Shown: positions 1-11,501 of the stretch, piece by piece
Position numbering within the stretch: the stretch's first letter is position 1
How the letters are laid out: the number at the start of each line of letters is the position of its first letter
DNA from: Octopus sinensis
Lineage: Eukaryota
Direction of reading: 5' to 3'
Length of the DNA stretch: 41,081 bases
Assembly: GCF_006345805.1 (NCBI RefSeq)
Contig: NW_021835341.1
Coordinates: 1-41,081, forward strand
Notes under the pieces: model-generated
What the model saw: only the letters and a program-made list of their open reading frames with translations
Databases searched by the model: none
What the model was told of the DNA's origin: nothing
Translations under genes and position numbers: made by a program

Positions 1-419
1 GCAAACAATAGGAATTTTAGATAAACAAGGAAAAAGAAGAAAAAACCAAACAAAAAATAATAAACCAACAGAAGGATATATGAAGGAAGGAAAAGACAAT
101 TCAAATTACCTATAAACAAACAAACAAAAACTAATGATAAATGACTCGGCACAATCACTGGGCACCTGGAATGACTTTCACTTTCCAAATATTCCAGTTT
201 GCTTCTTTATTGCCTTTCTGATCGTCGTAAAAGACTGTCATTTTTGTCATTTTTTAAATTAAAGCAGTCGACAGGTGTTCCGGCTGATTAGTAGACAGCA
301 ACTAATTAAAACAATCGAAATAGGTAAACAAGCGAGTAAATAAGATGAAGATTAAAGTAAATAAATATTCGATTGAACTTCTATTGACTTAGGATAATTA
401 TTTTAGAGTAATTATGTAT

Positions 420-565
420 AGCTGTGTGATAAGAAGTTTGGTTCTCATCCACATGATTTTTTTGGGGGCAGGTGGCAGGTTCAATCCCACTGCCTGGCAC
501 TTGGGGCAAGTGTCTTCTGCTATAGCCAAGAGGCGATCAAAGCCGGAAACTGAAAGCGCCTGTCG
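420..565 (+). mobile_element. SINE family A (tRNA-derived), 5' part, internally deleted
   Basis: Matches copies at 3378-3810, 18312-18740 and 35771-36225 (gctgtgtg..aag..ggttcaatcccactgc..ggcacttggggcaagtgtcttctgctatagcc..ggaaactgaaag); runs into (TA)n. Confidence 0.8.
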
Positions 566-645
<80 letters not shown>

Positions 646-678
646 ACACACATATATATATATAATAATAATATGATA

Positions 679-714
<36 letters not shown>

Positions 715-725
715 TAATAACAATA

Positions 726-761
<36 letters not shown>

Positions 762-777
762 TATAATAATAATAATA
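566..777. repeat. (TA)n followed by (AAT)n microsatellite
   Basis: Directly visible. Confidence 0.95.
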
Positions 778-1315
778 AGCTATGCCAACATTATGGAATA
801 ACAACAGAAAAAAAGATGGTATAGGCACACACCAGAAAAGGTCGCAGAAAACGAGAAAGCAACCATACTCTGGGATATGCGATACACAGATAGAGAAATT
901 AAGGCCAACAGACCAGATATAGTTGTCAGAGATCATGAAGAAAAAAAAATGCTTTCTAATTGATGTTAATACCGGCAGATGACAACGTGTCTCTAAAAGA
1001 AATGGAGAAACTCTCAAAATACAAAGACCTGAAAAGAGGTAACTAGAGTGGAATCTGAAAACAGAAACAATTCCTATCATAGTAGGTGCATTAGGCATGA
1101 TAAAAAAATATTCAGACATACATAACAAAAACACCAGGACTTACAACACATATAACATACAGAAAATTGCAGTACCAGGCACTGCCACACATCCTACGCA
1201 GAACACTTTCCATACAATAACCATCAGAGCATCACAACAAATCACAACACATACCCAAGGCACACAGAGCTGCGCTCGGTAGTGAAGTGAAAGCACGCTA
1301 TAAAAATAAAAATTA

Positions 1316-1360
<45 letters not shown>
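778..1360 (+). mobile_element. 5'-truncated R4/Dong-type non-LTR retrotransposon: RLE domain, 3'UTR and (AAT)n tail
   Basis: Frameshifted translation RWYRHTPEKVAENEKATILWDM..TDREIKANRPDIVVRDHEEK..CFLIDV..PADDNVSLKEMEKLSKYKDL..WNLKTETIPIIVGALGMIKKY..NIQKIA..GT..ILRRTLSIQ* (RPD at 910-918, stop 1218-1220). This is the PD-(D/E)xK restriction-like endonuclease C-terminus. Confidence 0.88.
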
Positions 1361-1361
<1 letters not shown>

Positions 1362-1553
1362 GGGAGTATATCCAAACTTACAGGGAAAAATTAATTTAGG
1401 ATTAAATCTAATTTCACAGTATAAATATAAATTGAATATAAATTATATATTATATATTATATTAATTATATTTGTTTTTTTGTTTTTTTATGTTTTGGTT
1501 TATGTCTATCACTGTTTGAGTTGCCTAAAAGTGGTTTTATCTCTAATTTAATT

Positions 1554-1601
<48 letters not shown>

Positions 1602-1887
1602 CATGTATGTGCGTGTGTGTGTGTTTGTCCCCCCCCAGCATCGCATGACAATCGATGTTGGTAGCAGTCCAATGACTAAAGCAAAAGAAGAAAGAAGATA
1701 ACAAGTATACTTTAACGTGATCGCTCAATTAGCTAGAAATAACAATCATGTTTTTATGGAGCTTCACACTACTGTATTTCAAAGTAGCATTACTTGAATT
1801 TTCAGAAAATGTAGAGAACACGTACTTCTTTGTATTTCTCGAATGGTTTTCATTTTGAATCAATAGTTGCGGAGACATCGAACTCAC

Positions 1888-1963
1888 CAGAAGATGAAGG
1901 ATCAGTTTCGACATCGGAAGAGGGCAGTGCACTGTCATTTCCATCGTTGGACCACTGACCTCC
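1888..1963 (-). CDS. Candidate 76-nt internal exon of an unidentified minus-strand gene
   Basis: Minus strand reads tttctttttc..ttattttag|GGAGGT...TCTTCTG|gtgagt; phase-0 reading GGQWSNDGNDSALPSSDVETDPSSS; unique non-repeat sequence; no homology recognised. Confidence 0.35.
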
Positions 1964-2017
1964 CTAAAATAATTTTTTTGAAAAAGAAATCATAAAGGCT
2001 TACATAATATTGATTTC

Positions 2018-2222
2018 AAATTTTGGCACAGGTTTAGCAATTTCAGGAGAGGGTATAAGTCGATTACATCGACCAGCAATACTCGACTGGTGCTTATTTT
2101 ATCGACGCCGAAAGGATGAAAGCAAAGCTGCCCTTGGCGGAATTTGAACTCAGAACGTGAGGACGGAAGAAACGCCGCTAAGTATTATCGCTTAGCGTGC
2201 TAACGAAACAACCGGTTCACCG
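2018..2222 (-). mobile_element. SINE family B monomer, diverged
   Basis: Reverse complement of the B body (ctgagttcaaattccgcc..tttcatcctttcg..gtcgat..aatcgact). Confidence 0.8.
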
Positions 2223-2374
2223 TTTAGAAACATATAATATAATTAAAAATGTGTTCGATAGAAAAAAATAAATGAAAATAAACCTCAGTAAATGCAGGTA
2301 TAATGGACACTTCAACATTTTTTAACGTGTAAAATACACAAGTGAGAAGAAATACAAAATGCTATAAAAGAACA

Positions 2375-2868
2375 AGGCAGTGAATACATACTACATACTA
2401 CAACCAAGAGACCTTAAACTAAGACACATTAGAGCTGGTCCAGCCTGTCCTACACTTCATCTGAGCGACCTCATTGACATTATCCTAAAACCTCTATGTA
2501 GTCACATATTCAGTTTCATTCGGGATGAGATTGATTTCCTGTCACATCTGCTCAAAACAACAGAATCCAATTCTCTGTTAGTTTTGACGTAACAGACTTA
2601 GATACGAACATTCCACATGATTTAAGAATGACTGCCATAAAATATCCGTTCGAGAAACATAGAGAAGTGATCCTCATTAGGTTTGCTGTAATCTTCATAC
2701 TAGACACGGCCAGCCTCATCCTCGAAAACAATACATTCCTTTTCAACGGAAAAAACTACCACCAAGTTCGAGGCACAGCTATGGGGATGCAATTTGCTCC
2801 AGTTTTCGCAAACTAAATATTGAGATACTTGGAACAAAAACTATATCAAAAGATTGAAGAAAACTACA
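2375..2868 (+). mobile_element. Penelope-like element reverse transcriptase fragment (decayed)
   Basis: LRHIRAGPACPTLHLSDLIDIILKPLCSHIFSFIRDEIDFL..FDVTDLDTNIPHDL..ILENNTFLFNGKNYHQVRGTAMGMQFAPVFAN..YLEQKLY. The FDV/TNIP and Q..GTAMG..FAP motifs are typical of PLE RTs. Confidence 0.88.
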
Positions 2869-3148
2869 GCCTCGGGTTGATCAAAGTCTAGTGAGTGGAT
2901 TTGGTAGACGGAAACTGAAAGAAGCCCGATGTATATATGTACTTGTATGTCTGTGTCTGTCCTCCCACCATCACTTGACAACCGATGTTGGTGTGTTTAC
3001 ATACACGTAACTTTGTGGTTTGGCAAAATATTTCGATAGAATAAGTACTAGGCTTACAAAGAATAAGTCCTGGGGTCGATTTGTTCGATTAAAGGCCCCA
3101 GTATTGACGCAGTCTATTGCCAGAAAGAAGTAAAAGAGTAAAAGAGAG
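2864..3148 (+). mobile_element. SINE family A, 5'-truncated
   Basis: agcctcggg..gtgagtggatttggtagacggaaactgaaagaagccc..gatagaataagtactaggcttacaaagaataagtcctggggtcg..agtaaaagag tail. Confidence 0.88.
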
Positions 3149-3377
3149 TATATACGTGGGACCTCACTTGACCCTACCTGAAATTCGAAACTGAATCTGT
3201 AAATTCTCCCTAAGCATACGACCTATTGTTCTGTCAGGGATAAACGCTCATATATGTGTTTTCCACTTGACTCTTAACCTTTTCTATGCCATGAAAAGTT
3301 GAAATAAATAAGGAGTGACCTACTTTAATTTAGCCATTGTCAGAATGGTATATCCATCTTTCTAGTTAGTTTACATA

Positions 3378-3589
3378 CTCTTTTACTCTTTTACTTGTTT
3401 CAGTCATTTTGACTGCGGCCATGCTGTAGCACCGCCTTTAATCGAGCAACTCGACCCCGGGACTTATTCTTTGTAAGCCCAGTACTTATTCTATCGGTCT
3501 CTTTGCCGAACCGCTAAGTGACGGGGACATAAACACACTAGCATCGGCTGTCAAGCGATCTTGGGGGGACAAACACAGACATACAAACT

Positions 3590-3620
<31 letters not shown>

Positions 3621-3810
3621 CACACACACACACACATATATATATATATACATATATACGACGGGCTTCTTTCAGTTTCCGTCTACCAAATCCACTCACA
3701 AGGCTTTGGTCGGCCCGAGACCTTAGTAGAAGACACTTAGCCAAGGTGCCACGCAGTGGGGCTGAACCCGAAACAATGTGGTTGGTAAACAAGCTACTTA
3801 CCACACGGCT
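3378..3810 (-). mobile_element. SINE family A, near full length, with central (TA)n/(TG)n
   Basis: Head with A-box/B-box-like motifs (gtgtggtaagtagc..gggttcagcccc) through the (GAGTAAAA) tail. Confidence 0.9.
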
Positions 3811-3878
3811 ATAAACACCAGCATTCTCCAAGGAAAAGTCAGTTAGTAAGGGTGATCATCAGGGAGTTGATCGCTCTT

Positions 3879-4009
3879 ACTGGCTTGAACGAAACTGGCT
3901 TGAACTGCCTAACTGACTTGAACGAAACTGGCTTGAACTGGCTAACTGGCTTGAACGAAACTGGCTTTAACGAAACTGGTTTGAACTGGCTAACTGACTT
4001 GAACAAAAC
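3879..4009 (+). repeat. Minisatellite built from 15-, 10- and 8-bp subunits (33-bp higher-order unit)
   Basis: TGGCTTGAACGAAAC / TGGCTTGAAC / TGGCTAAC repeated about 3.5 times. Confidence 0.9.
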
Positions 4010-4111
4010 GCCGTCTCGACTGAAGGAACGTCATAGAAAGACAGCTATGGAATCAACCAGCGATACAGTTGTCTTGTCCACCACTCTCTTAGCACTTCTC
4101 ACTAAATTACT

Positions 4112-4175
4112 TTCGTGGTACAGAACGAACCTGGATCCATGCGGTTGAGAAGCAAACTTCTTACCACACAGCTCC
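4112..4175 (-). mobile_element. SINE A head fragment
   Basis: gaacctggatccatgcggttgagaagcaaacttcttaccacacagc. Confidence 0.65.
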
Positions 4176-4839
4176 TTAAATTTAAAACATACATAATTTA
4201 TAACAACGTTAGACCGCTGGTGCGAAAGGAAATATGGCGCAGAGCCAGTTTGTTAACAAAAGAGTTAAACGCTGAGAGATTAGACGAGTACTTTTAGTAA
4301 GTCTTACGACAGTTTCCAGGCCCCAATTGGTGGATTCTTCTATCAAGCATGTGGTCACCCATGGTTTCAAATTTCGAGGTAGTTGTTCATGAAATAACTG
4401 ATATTAGATTTTATACATCTCCAACGTTAAATTATTGAAAATTTACATCTGTGTACCATTAAGCTACACATCGTCGATATAAAAGTTCACTAAGTGGTAT
4501 GAATTTAACGATAAAATTGCTATTTCTGAACGAGATAGATATTTTTTTTTCTCTGAAAAATAGAGAAAGTACGATTCAAAAACAACAAAATTAAGACAAA
4601 AAGCAGAAAGTGAAAGGAAGAATAACAGTGAAACAAGAATAAAAGTATACTTGAATCTGATTCAACAAGCCTCTTTCTCATAATGCTCTCTCTTCCCCTC
4701 TCTCTCTTTCTTTTCTCTTTCTTGGACACTCAATCTAACGTTCTGATAGGTCAACCTTTTTCTCTCTCCATTTTTCTTTATCGCACGACTTCGTTCCTTC
4801 ACTTTTCGCCCTCGCTTCATTCTACTTCTCCCCCCTCGA

Positions 4840-4938
4840 CATACATACATAGATACATGCATACGTACATACATATATACATACATACAAACGTGCATAT
4901 TTCTGCATGTGTGAGTGTGTGTGTACACATATACATTC

Positions 4939-4987
<49 letters not shown>

Positions 4988-5060
4988 CGTGTGTGTGTGT
5001 GCGTGTGTGTGTGTGGTGTGGTGTGTATTACATATTTGTATGCATATGTAATACACACAC

Positions 5061-5093
<33 letters not shown>

Positions 5094-5100
5094 ATATATT

Positions 5101-5132
<32 letters not shown>

Positions 5133-5169
5133 CGAATATAATACATACACACACACGCACACACACACG

Positions 5170-5205
<36 letters not shown>

Positions 5206-5490
5206 CGCACATACATACGTACAAATGCATACATATATGAGAGTGTGTGTGTACATATATTCATTTATATATATATATATATATACATTTACGTATACAT
5301 ATACGCATGCATACACACATACACACATATACATGCGTACATATACATACATAGAAACATACATAAAAACAAACAAACATACATACATATATACATACAT
5401 ACACACATACACACATTCACACATTCACACATACACACACATACATACATACATACATACATACATACATACACCATAAATACATACATA
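4840..5490. repeat. Compound microsatellite (TACA/TA/TG/CA)
   Basis: Directly visible. Confidence 0.95.
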
Positions 5491-5899
5491 CAAAGACGCA
5501 CATATCAACGTAACCCACTGACATCTTCAACTCCAGTACAGAACTCTACACCGCCATCTCGAACGCCTTACAATTAATCCTGTCCAACCTCAACACACAA
5601 CATCCCTGCGAACCCAGAACAAACCAATTAGCACTGGTTAGCGATATGTTGTTTTGAGTTAAGCGTGAACGTTGACGATCTCGGATTATTTTTTCCACAT
5701 TTCTTCTTCGGAGCTTTACAGCACAACATTTCTGCCTTCCCTTCTCCGTTTTCATTTCTTAACACTTTTAAAAAGCTCCTTGTTTTTGCTCCCTTCTGTC
5801 CTGTGGTTTACCTCTGTGTCAATGGTTCCGCTGGCTGTAGTGGCACTTTAGCAAATAAGTTGAGAAAACCTCCTCGGTGTATATATTTCAGTTCTTCAT

Positions 5900-6020
5900 G
5901 CGTATTTATGTATGTATGCATGTATGTATGTATGTTTGTAGGTATGTATGTATGTATGCATGTATGTATGTATGTATGTATGTATGTATGTATGTGTATG
6001 TATGTATGTGTGTGTATGTG

Positions 6021-6064
<44 letters not shown>

Positions 6065-6210
6065 TAGTGTGATAGATAAACATATATATATATATGTATA
6101 TATGTATGCATATATGCATATATATGTGTATATGCATATATATATGTATATATATATGTATATATACGTATGTATGAATATATATATATATATATATATA
6201 CATATATTTA
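5900..6210. repeat. Compound microsatellite (TGTA/TA)
   Basis: Directly visible. Confidence 0.95.
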
Positions 6211-6812
6211 TGACTCCTGTAGTATACGCAACCGAAATCCCAGAAAAGGGGCGTCCTATGGGACGATCCACATTTCTCTTCCACAGACTATCCTTCTGCA
6301 TTCTCCCTTTCTGCCATCTCTCCTTATATTCACTGTTTGCATGTATGACTTCCTGTCTCCACACTTCGTCGGTTACTCCTGCAGTCACACTGGTGTTAAA
6401 AGTATCGCTTTACGATCCTGTTGATCGCACCAGCATGGCCAAGTTAGTGGATCCAAGAACCTAGACAACTCAAAATTTCCAAACACCGGACTTAACAGAG
6501 AAGTCACTTTAGAGTTAATGATTACAAGTGGAAAGTTCCATTGTCTCTCGAAACAGACATATGCCAATACGAAAGAAAGAAGGAAGGAAGGTAGAAAAGA
6601 AGAAAGGAAGGAATGAGCGAAGGAAGGGAGGAAGAAGGGTAGCTTGAACTCAGAACGTAAAGGATTGTGGCTAAATACCACATGACGTTTTTGCGCGGGT
6701 GATGCTGTGTAGATGTTTGTCAAATAATGTTTCTAATTTAATCCCTCTCATCTGGATCGTCCCATAGGACGCCCCTTTTCTGGGATTTCGGTTGCGTATA
6801 CTACAGGAGTCA
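6211..6812. repeat. Perfect 60-bp inverted repeat (6211-6270 / 6753-6812)
   Basis: tgactcctgtagtatacgcaaccgaaatcccagaaaaggggcgtcctatgggacgatcca and its exact reverse complement, with a 482-bp spacer. Confidence 0.95.
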
Positions 6813-7189
6813 CAGGCCGCTGCTCCCTATAGAACTGCAGTTTCCATCTAACTAGGAATATTAGGGTCTCATCCATTATCTTGTATTCAAGATCTTCTGC
6901 ATGACATCCTGCTAGTTCAAAGCCCGGAATCTGATCTTTTATGTCCTGCCGATAACTAAATCCACGCTCTGCTGCCGACGCTTCGATTTATAGTCTCCAA
7001 CCCTTCTAACTTAAGCTCGTACCAAACAATATTTGTTACAGTTTAGTTTAAACTGAATCCCGAAGAACCAAGCATGTGATCAACGCTTTGACATTACCAT
7101 CTTTTTGAAGAGTATATAGGATTACATCATTCACCAGGTCGGAAATTTAAGAAGAACAGGTAAGTCAATATCACCAACCCCACTGAATT

Positions 7190-7311
7190 TCGACCCCGAA
7201 ATCATTAAAAGCAAATTTGACATCGGCAGAATCTGAACTCAGAATGTAAAGGTAGATGAAATGTCTTCAAGCATTTTAATCGGTGTGCTAACGATTCTGC
7301 CAGCTCGCCCC
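7190..7311 (-). mobile_element. SINE B head/body fragment, diverged
   Basis: gaactcagaatgtaaag..gtgtgctaacgattctgccagctcgcc. Confidence 0.75.
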
Positions 7312-7333
7312 TAACGATTCTTAGCTTGCAACA

Positions 7334-7892
7334 ATAATAATGATGATAATCCTTTCTACTATGGGCACAAGGCCTGAAATTATGGGGGGAGGGGAACAGT
7401 CGATTACATCAACCCCAGTGATCGACTGATAATTTATCGAACCAGAAAGGATGAAAAGCAATGTCGACCTCCGCAGAATTTGAACTCAGGACATAAATAC
7501 GGACGAAATACCTATTTGTTTACTACCCACAAGGAGATAAACACAGAGAAGACAAACAAGGTCAGACAAACGGATTAAGTCGATTATATCGACTCCGAAA
7601 GGATGAAAGGCAAAGTCGACATCGGCGGAATTTGAACTCAGAGTGTAGCGGCAGACGAAATACCTATTTCTTTATTACCCATATGGGGTTAAACACAGAT
7701 GGGACAAACAAGGACAGACAAAGGGATTAAGTCGATTACATCGACTCCAGTGCGTAACTGGTACTTATTTAATCGACCACGAAAGGATGAAAGGCAAAGT
7801 CGACCTTGGCGGAATTTGAACTCAGAACGTAACGGCAGACGAAATACGGCTACGCATTTCGCCCAGCGTGCTAACGTTTCTGCCAGCTCGCC
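7334..7892 (-). mobile_element. SINE B trimer (one head plus three body units)
   Basis: Two internal aaatagg|tatttcgtc junctions (around 7512 and 7663); the last unit ends in the alternative tail (ggccttgtgcccatagtagaaaggattatc..). Confidence 0.85.
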
Positions 7893-8489
7893 ACTAACGG
7901 TTCTTGGCTCGCAACAATGATAAGGATAATAATATGGATTTCGCTATTTTGTAACAATTATTTCTCGGATTGGCACAAGGTAGAATATCTTTTACGGGGG
8001 GAAGCAAAAACGTAAAATAAAGAGGAGGACACAAATAAAGATGGAAGAAAGTATATAGAACCATAAACAGAAATAATGGAGGAATAAAAGAAAGAAGGGG
8101 GGGGGTAAGACAGATAAAAGAGAAAGTAAAGGAAAGAGAAGAGAAAAGAAAAGCAATATAATTATGTTGGTGTTAAGTAAAAGAGATTCGTGACATACAG
8201 TTTGACAAATGGAATGTTGACGTAGAAGTGAGAGGTGATGGAGTATGTTATCAAGGATTTTCAGCGAGGTACGGGGCGGTGCCCAGATGCACTAGTGAGG
8301 TCCCAGACAGGGCTGATTAGAGATTCGCCATTTTTTTTTTTCTAATTTTCGAGTAATTACATTTAACCATTTTTCCTTCTGTTTTTTAGTTTCCTTTTAT
8401 TTTTTTTTCTTCTTCTTCTTTTCAAAACAGGACGCACACGAAACAATGAAGGGCTTTCATTTTATCTCCTCTGAACATCTAGCAGCATG

Positions 8490-8596
8490 TACATACATAC
8501 ATACATACATACATACATACATACATACATACATACAAACACGCACACAAACACACATACACAGATATACATAGATATATAAATATAGATATATAT

Positions 8597-8672
<76 letters not shown>

Positions 8673-8847
8673 TTACATACGCACACACGCGCACATGCAC
8701 ACATATATATAGAGAAATACATATATGCATATATATATATATATTGTACGTGTTTTATGCGTTCATATATATAAATACACGCACACACACCTTTATATAA
8801 TATAGTATACACCTACTTATATATGGATATGTATGTGTATATATATA

Positions 8848-8902
<55 letters not shown>

Positions 8903-9005
8903 ATATAGATATATATATATATATATACATTGATATATATACATATGTGTGAGTGCGTGTGTGTGTGTGGTGTGTGCGTGCGTGGTGTATAATATATATA
9001 TATAG

Positions 9006-9037
<32 letters not shown>

Positions 9038-9060
9038 ATATATGTATATATATATATGTT
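8490..9060. repeat. Compound microsatellite (TACA/CT/TA/TG)
   Basis: Directly visible. Confidence 0.95.
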
Positions 9061-9562
9061 TCTAATCTCTCTAAAGGAGATTACGGCAGCGGTACTGGAT
9101 ATTAATTGTTATCGCCAAGCTAAGATGGCAGTCCAAGGGGATAGGACGAATGCTGCGGTTAATTAGCCCCAGAAAAACATTATACCAGAAAAAGAAATAA
9201 CACAGGAAAAACGATGGTTATGTTATGAACTTCATTAGCTTACCGCTGTCTCTGTAATGGGCTCATAGTTGAATGCCTAAATAACACCTTTTTGCTTCAT
9301 CGGAGCCTCGAATATGAAGTATAATTTATTTGAGAAAAAAAAAAAGAATTATATTTCTGCAATATACACAGAGGCATCAATTCAGTTATTTTCTCTCTTC
9401 TTTCTGCTGTTAATGCAATTTCCTATAGGAAATAACAATCATACATCGACCCGCTTTCCAAATATTTTAGTATAATTCAAACGTGCTAAGTGTTTTTAAA
9501 CCTTCATTACAAAATGATGACGCATCTATAGAAAGATAAATCGCTTAAGTCTATTTATAATG

Positions 9563-10119
9563 TATTGGGTTGTCCGGAAAGTTTGTGTCGATTTTTAAAG
9601 GAAATTTAAAGGTCAATAAATACTTGCCATTACATTTTTAATCCACCAAATATGAATCATTTTGTTGCACAATGCGTCTCCATCCTTCCTTTAACTTGGA
9701 AATACCATCTTCCCAGAATTGGGGTGGCTTCATGACAAAGAATTCATCAAGGTATCTTTTTATGTCATCCAGGGAATTGAAATTTTTACCATTAAGACCA
9801 TTCTGCAGAGACCTGAATAAGTGGAAATCTGAAGGAGCAATATCTGGTGAATATGGAGGGTGGGGTAACACATCCCAGCCGAGCTGCAGCAATTTTTGTC
9901 TGGTTCCCAAATCATCACGTGTCGAAAATGAACTTTCTTATCTTCCATGTTAAAGGGCTGCAAAATTAACACAGGTTATAGGAACATAAACCTTCTTCCA
10001 CGAAAAGAGAGCTTAAACTGTACTCTAAATGGAGGTGTAGTCAAATCCTATTTTATGGACTCAACCATGTTCTAAAATAAGTCGAATTGTAAGCTACTAT
10101 AAATCGGGACAAACCAATA
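9563..10119 (-). mobile_element. Internally deleted, non-autonomous mariner transposon
   Basis: N-terminus MEDKKVHFRHVMIWE (ATG at 9948) fused to C-terminus TRQKLLQLGWDVLPHPPYSPDIAPSDFHLFRSLQN..VD* (stop 9638). ITR TA-ttgggttgtccggaaagtttgtgtcgatttt at 9563-9596; decayed partner aaatcgggacaaaccaa-TA at 10101-10119. Confidence 0.9.
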
Positions 10120-10261
10120 TTTGTACGTGTGCATTAACGCACATTTTACATTACGTCAAATTTGTCGAACATTGAAATGTAACATACGAGCATGTTTTCC
10201 GTGTTCTCTTTTCTTTTAAATACCCCTTCTTCTCTTCCTTCTCTTCTCATTCTTTCCTTTC

Positions 10262-10298
10262 AGTATCTGACAATAGACAATGTCCGAAACGTTATACT
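10262..10298 (+). ncRNA. Decayed minimal type-I hammerhead ribozyme (Penelope-type)
   Basis: agtat-CTGACAA-t-agac aat gtcc-GAAA-cg-TT-atact. Stem I agtat/atact, stem II gac/gtc, palindromic ACGT stem III; G8 is mutated to A. Confidence 0.5.
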
Positions 10299-10839
10299 TT
10301 TTATTTTATAAATTTCCCTCTTAAAATCTTTTCCTTCTTTTAGCGTCAAACTATAACACTAACTGCGTACGTCGCTCGGACTTCTGATGTTTATTGTTAT
10401 TGAAAATTGGTTTGCTATATGCTTGAGTAAGTACAATAATAAGTAAAATTTATATTTAATTCCTAAATCATTTTATCTTCGTCTATTAACAAATGTGCAA
10501 TATTGTAAATTGCTTAGGTTTGTTTGTAACTTCGACAAAAGCATGAGCTAATTCTCTTAGAAAAAAGCTAGACAGCAATGACACTATTATGGGACCTGTA
10601 AAAGTATTGTAGAAATTATGACACTGGTAGTATTTGACTCTCCCCTTCTTGAACTATGTTCCCTATTTGTATTTTTTTTTTCATTTTACAGAGGGCAATT
10701 GTCAAATAAAAATAACTGTGTAAGCATGAGTATTTATATTATAGAGATAAACATTCACAAGGACACACGTACGTGCAATCGTACATACGTATGATTTCTG
10801 TGTCTCTATTTGACTCCACGCGCGCATGGATGCATACCT

Positions 10840-10931
10840 ACATAAATACATACATTCATAATATTATATATAATATATATATATGTGTGTGGTGTGTGTG
10901 TGTGTGTTGTGTGGGTGTATGTATATATATA

Positions 10932-10975
<44 letters not shown>

Positions 10976-11022
10976 ATATATATATGTATGTATATTTCTA
11001 GAAACAAATATATATATACATA

Positions 11023-11061
<39 letters not shown>

Positions 11062-11417
11062 ATGCATCTATAGATACATACATACACACATACATATATA
11101 CATACATATATATATATATTATATATATATGGATATATACGTATATATATATATATATGAGTATATACACATACACATATATATATGTACATAGCTATCT
11201 ATCTATTTATTTATCTATCTATCTATATCTATCTATCTATCTATCTATTTATCTTATATCTATATATATACACATACACATACATACATACATACATACA
11301 TACATACATACATACATACGTACATACATATTCACATATCTATTTCAGAATATGCATAGGTATATGTTTACGTATACATACGTATAATATATCTACACAT
11401 ACTCTGAAACACACACT

Positions 11418-11501
<84 letters not shown>

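Noticed and set aside
250-360. Cluster of E-box and TAATTA motifs suggesting an enhancer
   Set aside because: Short motifs in AT-rich DNA cannot be supported without conservation data.
7120-7165. Perfect plus-strand donor CAG|GTAAGT at 7159/7160
   Set aside because: No convincing upstream acceptor and no recognisable peptide.
9232-9308. Hammerhead-like remnants here and at 4295-4345 (minus strand)
   Set aside because: Core nucleotides are altered (CCGATGA/GAGA; TTGATAGA) and stem I is not supported.
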